Shown here: positions 52,172 to 61,020 of the stretch, in pieces
How positions within the stretch are numbered: position 1 is the stretch's first letter
How the letters are laid out: each line of letters begins with the position of its first letter
Virus record (IMG/VR): IMGVR_UViG_3300001528_000360
Span: 64,001-128,000 of that record
Strand: one strand, 5' to 3'
DNA length: 64,000 bases
Origin: a virus
Taxonomy: Duplodnaviria; Caudoviricetes
The notes under the pieces: model-generated
Database searches by the model: none
Told to the model about the DNA's origin: nothing
Seen by the model: only the letters and a program-made list of their open reading frames with translations
Program-made: the position numbers and the translations under genes

Positions 52172-54268
52172 TTAGGACTTATACTTAAAATATTTATATG
52201 CCTCTTTGATAGGCATAACCTTCTTGCCATCTTTCTTGGCTTTATCAATCTTACCAGAAGAACTGTTTTCATCATCACAAATAACAATGTCAACTTTCTT
52301 CCCATAAGAATCACAAACTTCAATATTCTTTTCTTCGAGATAATCTTCAAATTTCTTATCTCTTACTTTTGTAAATACAACATGCATGATATACTCTTTC
52401 GTATCATGCTTAATGAGTAATTCCTTTTTCAAGAATTCAATTAATTCAATATTCATCAAAATACCAACAATAATTTTATTTGCTGACTTTTCCTGAATAC
52501 CTGGAATTTTTGTTAATTCACTAACTTCATGATTCATAGCTATTCTTACTATGTCATCTATATAATATATACTTAAAATCTTTTTAAAAATTTTCGGTCC
52601 AATGTCTGGAATACCAATAGAACCTAATAGATTATAATCGTAAACTGTTCTTCTACTATCAATTCCTTTTAAGATATTTTCAACTGATTTCGTTCCAAAA
52701 CCTTCAATCTTAGCAATATCACGTTTGTTATGCTTTATTTTATATAAGTCTTGAATTGATTTCAAATATCCTAATTCGAATAAAGTACTTACAATTCCAA
52801 TACTAATACCTCTAATATCCATCTTATCAAGATAGTTAACAATCTTTCCAATAACTCTCGATGGACAATTATTGTTGACACATCTAAGAATTGGATCATT
52901 AATTAACTTTTCTCCACAATATGGACAATGTGTAATCGTTGGAATAATCTCATTATTACTTCTTTTACAAGTATCATCTATATAAAGATATGGAATAATG
53001 TCATATTTAATTAATACTTCATCACCTTTACTAAGATGAAGACTTTCAAATCTATCAATAGAACCTAAAGATACATTAGAAATTGTATTTCCTTCCATCT
53101 TTACAGGTTCGATTTTAGCAACAGGAGTTAAAGCACCTAATAGACCAATAGAGAATGTAACATCAATTAATTTCGTTTTTACAGACTCAGGAGTAAACTT
53201 ATATGCAACTTCATATTTATTAATTGCATCATCTCGTCCTAATGCTTTCTGTAAATTCTTATCTTTAAATTGAATAACAACACCATCAATTGGAATGTCC
53301 ATTACATCTTTCATATATGCTTTAATAGTATTAATACCATTAATCATATGATTCTCATTATTTATCAATGTGTAAATAACAGGATATACCTTTGATGCAT
53401 CTGGATGTACAATAACTTCTTTTGTTTCATAATTTTGCATTCTCAAAGGAACTACAGTAATATATTTCAAATAATCAAATTCTACATCTTGAGAATTGAT
53501 AATTGAACTTGCTGCAGATCGACAAGACTTGAATGATCCATATTTCTTACATAACTTATTAAAGTTCTTATATGTAACAATAATTTCACATTTTACTCCA
53601 AATTCAACATTACCCCATTCAGGATAAGGTTCAAATTTTAAAAGCTTAAATAATTTTGTAATTGGAACAGCTTCATTATTTTTAACATTACCTCTGGTTA
53701 ATGCTTTAATAACTCTTCCATCTGGTGCACATTCAAAAATTGCAGATACACCATCAAACTTAGGATATAATGCAACTTCCATTTCTGCATCTATAAGACT
53801 TCTTCCAAGTCTATTTTCAGAAGTCTTAATAAAGTCTTCAACACTTTTTCTTTTATCTTTTCCTTTTTCTTTATTTGTGAGAAAATGTACTTTATCAAGA
53901 GTTCCTCGTAAATCAGGATACTTATGAAAATCTTTTTCTCTTAAAGAATCTGCATCTCCACCAACAATATCTCCATTAGAAATCTCATTATAGATCTCAT
54001 ATAATGTGTCATATGTCTCATCATTAATTGGAGGAAGTACACCGGAATTATTATAAATATTCTGAAGAATACGAATGATCAATTCAATAATCATTACATC
54101 TTCAGGACTATACTCTTTATCATAATTAATATAATAATTTACTAAATTATTAATTTTGATTCCTTCTAAAACTTTAATCAATTCTTCAAAGTTTTCTGAT
54201 ACTTTACTTTCTTCATAAACTCTGTGTAATGACTGAATTAAATTGTTTTTATCAATCATAGTTGCCAC
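52172..54268 (-). CDS. ligA: NAD-dependent DNA ligase
   Basis: PKFDG, ALTRG, IDGVVI, VAYKF, TPVA..EPV, Zn finger CPYCG, HhH repeats, BRCT; early motif at 54303-54312. Confidence 0.95.
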   Translation of the reverse strand: MATMIDKNNLIQSLHRVYEESKVSENFEELIKVLEGIKINNLVNYYINYDKEYSPEDVMIIELIIRILQNIYNNSGVLPPINDETYDTLYEIYNEISNGDIVGGDADSLREKDFHKYPDLRGTLDKVHFLTNKEKGKDKRKSVEDFIKTSENRLGRSLIDAEMEVALYPKFDGVSAIFECAPDGRVIKALTRGNVKNNEAVPITKLFKLLKFEPYPEWGNVEFGVKCEIIVTYKNFNKLCKKYGSFKSCRSAASSIINSQDVEFDYLKYITVVPLRMQNYETKEVIVHPDASKVYPVIYTLINNENHMINGINTIKAYMKDVMDIPIDGVVIQFKDKNLQKALGRDDAINKYEVAYKFTPESVKTKLIDVTFSIGLLGALTPVAKIEPVKMEGNTISNVSLGSIDRFESLHLSKGDEVLIKYDIIPYLYIDDTCKRSNNEIIPTITHCPYCGEKLINDPILRCVNNNCPSRVIGKIVNYLDKMDIRGISIGIVSTLFELGYLKSIQDLYKIKHNKRDIAKIEGFGTKSVENILKGIDSRRTVYDYNLLGSIGIPDIGPKIFKKILSIYYIDDIVRIAMNHEVSELTKIPGIQEKSANKIIVGILMNIELIEFLKKELLIKHDTKEYIMHVVFTKVRDKKFEDYLEEKNIEVCDSYGKKVDIVICDDENSSSGKIDKAKKDGKKVMPIKEAYKYFKYKS

Positions 54269-54383
54269 ATCCTTACGTAGTATTTATTGCTCTATTACTA
54301 TAATAATATATATTTCATTTTATTTTTGATTTTTACTACAAAAAAATACGGGCGGATAAAACCACCCGTATTTTTCTTTTAAG

Positions 54384-55106
54384 TTACGCAGACTTCTCTT
54401 CCTTATACCGATCTCGGATCTCCTTCTCGATTTCTGCATCTTCCTTTTCAAGATCCTTACAATACTTCTCTGCCTTGGCAATGGCACGATCAATACTGCT
54501 GGTCCAATTATTGATAACATCGAGAATAGGATTTCCAGTAGAAGAGAGTTTCTCATCCTTATGTTTATCCTTCTTCTTATTCTTTGTGATATCACTCAGA
54601 ATAATCGGATCATTCTTCTCTTCCATCTCATCGTCTACCTCAGTATTAGAGGCCTCGTTATGAGACTTATTGTCTTCTTCATCCTTGATCTCGAAGGATT
54701 CATCTCCGAGGATGATAACATCCACGGGCTTATCAGTTTCCACTACCTTCTGCTGAGAAATCATAAATACAGCAGCTTCCTCAACCGGATCAAGCTCTTC
54801 AGCTTCGGTTACCTGTGTATTCTGATTTTCGATAGTGGGCTTCTTGTTATTACGTTCACGATTCCTACGACTGTTCTTCATGATGCTGTTACCTCCATCA
54901 ATAATAAATCTAATTTCGTCATAAGATTTGTTTTCACTTGCTAATTGGATAATTTCTTCTGCGTTTTCTTTTTCATACCAGTTCATGTATGTTAACAAGC
55001 TCTGGTACTCTCTACTCTCTAACAGATCATCTCTGTCATACTTTCTGAGTAAAGTATTGAGACGTTTGATTGTCTCCTCTTTGATGAATGCTTTCTGTTT
55101 TCCCAA
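54384..55106 (-). CDS. Hypothetical charged protein
   Basis: 240-aa ORF, TTG start with RBS. Confidence 0.65.
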   Translation of the reverse strand: MGKQKAFIKEETIKRLNTLLRKYDRDDLLESREYQSLLTYMNWYEKENAEEIIQLASENKSYDEIRFIIDGGNSIMKNSRRNRERNNKKPTIENQNTQVTEAEELDPVEEAAVFMISQQKVVETDKPVDVIILGDESFEIKDEEDNKSHNEASNTEVDDEMEEKNDPIILSDITKNKKKDKHKDEKLSSTGNPILDVINNWTSSIDRAIAKAEKYCKDLEKEDAEIEKEIRDRYKEEKSA

Positions 55107-55124
55107 TTGATCACTTCCTTCTTT

Positions 55125-55454
55125 TTATTGATTAAATATATATGAACGGATGCACTCATTTTTATCTAAAAATGTATCCGGATCTTCTACTCTTTCCAAT
55201 TGTATTAATAAACTGATAATCTTTTCCCGTTTATCTTCCATATCCATATAGAATATTTGTGATATACGTTCTTTTATCATACTAGCAGTTTTATCTCTTG
55301 CTAATACAACATTAGATTCTCTTCTTACTTGTATAACTGGAACTTTGACACTCATAGATTGTACACCTTGCACAGTTTGCACACTAGTTGTTTTCATCAA
55401 AGAGTCATAGCAAACTGATAGTACTAAAGCTATTAATAACATTAATATTTCCAT
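55125..55454 (-). CDS. Hypothetical protein with N-terminal hydrophobic segment
   Basis: 109 aa; early motif at 55502-55511. Confidence 0.65.
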   Translation of the reverse strand: MEILMLLIALVLSVCYDSLMKTTSVQTVQGVQSMSVKVPVIQVRRESNVVLARDKTASMIKERISQIFYMDMEDKREKIISLLIQLERVEDPDTFLDKNECIRSYIFNQ

Positions 55455-55584
55455 ATACTAATCAGTCTCCCTTATATTTATATTTTCTTCTATATACTAT
55501 AATAATATATATCTCAAATTCTTATTAAAACGATTTATTTAAAATAGTCCACATAGGGTATTTCTCCCTATGTGGACATATTAT

Positions 55585-58500
55585 TTACAACTTAATATCA
55601 ATTACATAATTATCTCTTCTCATCTTCGCATCTTCAAATTCAGTATCAACTAATTTCAAAAATTCTTCATCTGTTCCAACGAAACAAACATCATCACGAT
55701 ATTTCTTAAGAATTTTATCTTTTAGTTTAATGTCTTCATACTCTTTACGAGTAGAGATAATATACATAGTATCAGACTCAAAAGATTCAAGATTATCTGA
55801 ATAAATAGGAATATCATAATAGTCATCTAGGTATTCGATCTTCAATCCCATTGCCTTTAGATAAGCTTGAAGTATCTCTACATTTCTATTAGTGAAATTA
55901 CCACTCTTCTTAAAATCTTTTAAAGTCTTTACAGTTGTTGCTAGTTGCTTTCCAATGTCTCTACGTCCAATAACACTTGAACGATAAAACATATGAAGTT
56001 TAGCAACTTCCTCAGGATCTACACCGATAAGACTGTTTATATTTTCTTGCAAAATCTTCACATAAGTTCGTTAATCTTATGCAGTTCTCTTATGAACTTC
56101 TCTATATCTCTATAGAAGTTGAGACTATATCTTCATCCTTATAATAAATAAGGAGCTCTCCATTTCCACTCACTTGAGTGTACTCCTACAATAGGATAGT
56201 CGTTGAACCTATATCTAAATATTTATTATTTTAATCTTCCGTTATACAGGTTATAGATATAGTATTGGAAACGTTTTGGGGTTAAATTCAATTCAGGATA
56301 TTTATTACACATAATTCTACTCACCTCAGCTTTAGTATTTCCAGCATCTACTAATTCTTTAATCTCATTAACAAATTTATCTGAAAATTTTACATTACAA
56401 CCATTTTCTCCAACTTTAGTCTTAAGTTTATTATCAAATAATCCTGTTCTAAAAGCATGTTTCATATTTTCATCATGAGTTACCCACTCAAGATTATATA
56501 TAGAATTATTTGATTTATCACCATCAATATGATTAACGAATTGCTTATTATCTAGATTAGGAATGAATTCATATGCAACCAATCTATGTATAAATACAAA
56601 TGTTGAATGCTTCTTCTTACCTGAGGATAATGATACTGCATAGTATCCTTTTTTAGTCTTTTTTGGTTTAAGATATTTATTTGTCTTAGTATTATAAACG
56701 TTCCCATTACTATCTATAGTATACATATCTGGTTTAACACCAGGATATGATATATATTTTTCTATACCAGGAATTTGTACTAACATATTTCATAATTAAA
56801 TATTTAGATATTTTAGCTGCGGATTGTCTCTATCCATAACCTTATTACTATACCTAAGGAATTACCCTTCGCCATTTATATATTTCTATATAAATTTAGT
56901 AGTTATAGCTTAACAAGATGTCCCCGCAATTAAAAGAGTGCTAATTAATATATTACTATATTAATGCAACCAATTATAATATAATCGCCAATTCTTATAG
57001 GGGTGCTAGAATACAGATCCTGATGAATTTTATTCTTAAATGATTTTTCAGGAACACCTTTCTTATTAAGGGATCCTGTAGACCTTGCTGAGAAACCTTT
57101 CTTAGAAGATTGCTTAAGCTTAATCATATAGAGATCGCCAACAATCAAAGGTTTCATGATCTTAATCTTTCTACCCCATCTGTTAACATAAACATCTACA
57201 GGTTTGATAAAATCATAATCTTTATAGATATTTCTGATTCTATCAAACATAGGTTCTTTTTCTTCCCAGAATGGAGGCATATGAATATAAATTCCTCTTT
57301 CATCAACATCGTTAAAGAAATCTTTCTTTCCTTTAGAAGATAGATTCTTATAGTAAGTCTTTAATACTTTTTCTTCTTTTTCATTAAGACGTTTAATGAT
57401 ATCAAAGAATAAAGTTTCTTTTTCTTTTAAAGTTTTAAATTCCCTAAGTTTTTCTACAACTCTATTACAGATAAAGTTGATACTTAACTCATATAACTGT
57501 AAACTGTTCAAGCGATTTATGACACCTAACGCGTTAAGCATGACTTCAACACGTTCACCATTTTCTAAATAAGGCATTTGATCATCAGGTAAAATCTTAC
57601 TGACGACACCTTTGTTACCCTGTCGGCCTGTACATTTATCTTCATATAAGATCGTTACTCTTATACCGTTCTCTTATGAACTGCTCTAATTTACATTAGA
57701 GATGAGACTATATCTTTATCCTATTAGGATATTTCTCATTTCCACTCACTTAAGTGTACGTGCTAAACACTAGTCGTTGAACCTTACTCTTAAAAATTAT
57801 AATTACAAGAAATAGTTTTCCAACTTCTTCTATGTCTAATATGATCTATCAGTTTATACAGCTGTGGATTTGAACTTTTATTATGAAATCCAAAAGTTTT
57901 CATAATTTGCATATTTGAATAACCTTCTTGTAAAAATTCACAAATTCTTATAACTTCATTTTTTGAAAATACATTCAAATAATGATCTTCTCCACATTTT
58001 ATATTTCCTTCAAAAACTCCATAAATACTATTCATTTTACTACTTACCCATTCTAAATTTCCAGCAAAATTATTTTTAGTATTGGAGTCTAAATGATTAG
58101 GAATGTATCCTTCTTTATATCCTTTACAAAATTCCCAAGCTACTAATCTATGAATAGATCTATTCGTTTGATCTTTGCTACTATATTCTGGATCATTCGC
58201 TAATGCAATTCTAAGATATTCTTTGTGTTCAAAAGGTTTTTTAATATTACCAGTTTTAATATTACGAATTTTTCCATAATTACTAATTTCATATACACCT
58301 TTTTTAACTCCAGGATATGTCAGAGGTTTATATACTTCTTTTGTATAAATTAATACTACCATATTATAATATCCTTTCATTTTTAAGAGTCTTGGCTGCT
58401 GATTATCTTATAAAAGATTTTCCAGCAATTAGAGAAAATTCATTTATATATTACTATATAAATGGACTATAATTAATCTTCTGGCCTATAGTTAATGGTG

Positions 58501-60605
58501 AATCTCTTTCAATTAAAAATTCAATAACCATGTTATTGAATACTGAGGTTTCTTCTTTCCACTTCACATCTGGGTTAAGGATATCCTTAGCCTTTTTATA
58601 ATAGAAAGCAATATCGGAAGAATATTTACTTCCACTTGTAATGATCTCTTTACATGTATCTAAAACTTTTTCATAAAAGTTTGTTTGCATAATTAAATAC
58701 TTACGAATCTGATGATTGAAAGCATTGTCAGGAACTTCATCCAATGTTTTATTACAATAGATGATAATATCTTTAACAACACCATCAATATAATACAGAT
58801 TATCATTCATAAAATTAATTTTACGAAGATTAGATTTCTTTAAATCATATAAAACCTGATTATTAAAGATTCGTCTTTTAGCACAAAGTATTTTATCTTT
58901 AGTGTTTTCACCAATATCGGGAAATGCTTTATAATAATCTGCATTACCATAAATATTGCAGAGTATGTCGTTGTCGTTCAAACTAACTTTTACCGTCTCA
59001 ATCTCTTTACTAACAAGACGTTTTGCAAAAGACTCTGAACAAACTATTGCATCCTCTATAGTGTGATTCTCTATCATATAGAGAACTTTTACATTTGTTC
59101 CCATTCTATAATTCATATCTTCATCATATGATGTAGACTTATATAGAACTTCACCTTTTTCGATATGGTCTCCAACTTCTTTTTCATCCATTGCTGTATT
59201 GTCATAACCATATCCAAATTTTTCAGTTAAATCTTCATTAATCATCTTAGTAATAACATCATATCTATCATTCTTTTTATCATAAGTAAATAAAAGATAA
59301 AGATGATTATTCAGATTACCATTTTCAAATCTAGGAATTTTTGCATATACTTCTAGATCTGTCTTAGCTTGATAATAACCGGTAGATAATTTACCAACAC
59401 TATTTTCATAGTTAGTAAATACCTTTGGAACATCAGGATTCACTAGATTAACAAACTGACGCAGGTGACTTGTAAACCAATATCTTCATATAAGATCGTT
59501 ACTCTTATACCGTCTATTTAAAGACTGCTCTATATTACTATAGAGATGAGACTATATCTTCATCCTTAGATGAAGTTTTTCATCTAAGGAGTCTCCAATT
59601 TCCACTCACTTGAATGTACTAATAGTCGTTGAACCTTTACATTTTATCTTTAATTCTATATATAGCTTTTCTTGTAATATTACTATATTCTAAATTAAGT
59701 ATATTACAAATTTTTCTAGGTTTAATATCAGGATTATTAATAAATAATATTTTAATTTTTTCAGAAGTATCATTATCAAATGAAAATATTTTAGGTTTAT
59801 AATTATCTGGATTAATATTATATTTTGATGAAATATTAGATCTTGTTCCATAAAATAAAATATCTCTTATAGCATGATATGAAATACCTGTTACTTCCAT
59901 GATTTCAGAAATAGATACATTATCTTCTAACATACTACATACATTTTCTATAAGTTCATCTGAGTATATTGTAAAATTGCATTTATCTCCATATTTTGGA
60001 TTACAACAGTTTCTATCCCATGCATCATTTACATTTTCTCTATCTGTAGCCCACTCTAAATTAGTAACCTTATTATTATTCTTATTTCCATCAATATGAT
60101 TAACTGTGCGTTTATTTTCAGGATTTGGAATAAATGTTTCTGCAACTAATCTATGTGCCATCTTATAATATTTTTTACCATTATGAACTAAATTTACACC
60201 ATTGTAACCAGTATATTTATTAATGGGTATTTTTATTTCATTATTGGTATTCATATTAAAAAGACGACCATCAGATGAAATTATATACATAGTTTTTTCA
60301 CCATTAATATAAACCCATTTAAAATCAACTTCTTCTGTTTTTATAAATATTATCATATTCTCCCTCCTTTTTATTTTATATATAGATAAAATGTACTTGG
60401 CTGCTGATTATCTCAATGAGATTTTCCAGCAATTAAGGAGATTTGTCTATTATATTACTATAATAGGTCACATTTATTTTATGACATTACGACTGGAACT
60501 AATGTATCCAGGATTAGTCAAGAGCGTCATACCGAATATATCATCGGTAAAATGAAATTCTTTTTCTTTCTGTTCTAGTGCTTCTTTTAAGTTTAAGGTT
60601 GACAT
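55585..60605 (-). CDS. Multisubunit RNA polymerase beta subunit, C-terminal part, 4 exons, ~746 aa spliced
   Basis: Exons 60605-60481, 59477-58476, 57632-56984, 56049-55585; SSRNVM|FTSHLRQ, IEDAI, GQKI|TGRQGNKGVVS..DQMPY, KLKQ..SARSTG, IRIGD|QEN. Confidence 0.94.
56050..56983 (-). mobile_element. Group I intron (betaC intron 3) with HNH endonuclease, 934 nt
   Basis: P1 GCGAU/GUUGC; P/Q variant TGCGG/CCGCA; ends in G. Confidence 0.93.
56226..56786 (-). CDS. Intron-encoded HNH homing endonuclease
   Basis: IHRLVAYEF...VNHIDGDKSNNSIYNLEWVTHDENMKH. Confidence 0.93.
   Translation of the reverse strand: MLVQIPGIEKYISYPGVKPDMYTIDSNGNVYNTKTNKYLKPKKTKKGYYAVSLSSGKKKHSTFVFIHRLVAYEFIPNLDNKQFVNHIDGDKSNNSIYNLEWVTHDENMKHAFRTGLFDNKLKTKVGENGCNVKFSDKFVNEIKELVDAGNTKAEVSRIMCNKYPELNLTPKRFQYYIYNLYNGRLK
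57633..58475 (-). mobile_element. Group I intron (betaC intron 2) with HNH endonuclease, 843 nt
   Basis: P1 GAU/GUC; core motifs; ends in G; interrupts the GQKITGRQGNKG motif. Confidence 0.93.
57790..58380 (-). CDS. Intron-encoded HNH homing endonuclease
   Basis: YEISNYGKIRN...IHRLVAWEF...PNHLDSNTKNNFAGNLEWVS..N. Confidence 0.9.
   Translation of the reverse strand: MKGYYNMVVLIYTKEVYKPLTYPGVKKGVYEISNYGKIRNIKTGNIKKPFEHKEYLRIALANDPEYSSKDQTNRSIHRLVAWEFCKGYKEGYIPNHLDSNTKNNFAGNLEWVSSKMNSIYGVFEGNIKCGEDHYLNVFSKNEVIRICEFLQEGYSNMQIMKTFGFHNKSSNPQLYKLIDHIRHRRSWKTISCNYNF
59478..60480 (-). mobile_element. Group I intron (betaC intron 1) with HNH endonuclease, 1003 nt
   Basis: P1 GUCAU/GUGAC; P10 AAAU/GUUU; ends in G. 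Confidence 0.93.
59637..60356 (-). CDS. Intron-encoded HNH homing endonuclease
   Basis: AHRLVAETFIPNP...VNHIDGNKNNNKVTNLEWATDREN. Confidence 0.93.
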   Translation of the reverse strand: MIIFIKTEEVDFKWVYINGEKTMYIISSDGRLFNMNTNNEIKIPINKYTGYNGVNLVHNGKKYYKMAHRLVAETFIPNPENKRTVNHIDGNKNNNKVTNLEWATDRENVNDAWDRNCCNPKYGDKCNFTIYSDELIENVCSMLEDNVSISEIMEVTGISYHAIRDILFYGTRSNISSKYNINPDNYKPKIFSFDNDTSEKIKILFINNPDIKPRKICNILNLEYSNITRKAIYRIKDKM

Positions 60606-60683
60606 AGATCTACCTTCCTTTTATTTAATTTAATAAATTAGAGAGTGTAGATTTTATTCTACACTCTCTAAATCCATTTCGGT

Positions 60684-60956
60684 TTAGTTAGATACTACAG
60701 TATAATCTTTGGGTTTAGAATTAGCAATATACCAATTATCTAATTCAATAAGATTCTCTTTAGGAACCTCATCAGCAATGATATCAGTAATTCTATGAAA
60801 TCTTTCAATCCCAGGAAGATTATTCTTAATAAAAGTTTTTAATTCTTCTTTATTGTCATAAGGAATCTTTTCATTTCTTTTCCAGAAAATCAAAGCATCG
60901 TCACGTGGCATCTTAATACAAATCTGATAATAATATTCATTCGTATTGATAGCCAA
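60684..60956 (-). CDS. Hypothetical protein
   Basis: 90 aa; early motif at 60998-61007; hairpin at 60637-60672. Confidence 0.6.
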   Translation of the reverse strand: MAINTNEYYYQICIKMPRDDALIFWKRNEKIPYDNKEELKTFIKNNLPGIERFHRITDIIADEVPKENLIELDNWYIANSKPKDYTVVSN

Positions 60957-61020
60957 AGCATTTCAACTCCTTCTATATTTTCTTTGCCACTATGGGTATA
61001 ATATATACTTTAAATATATT

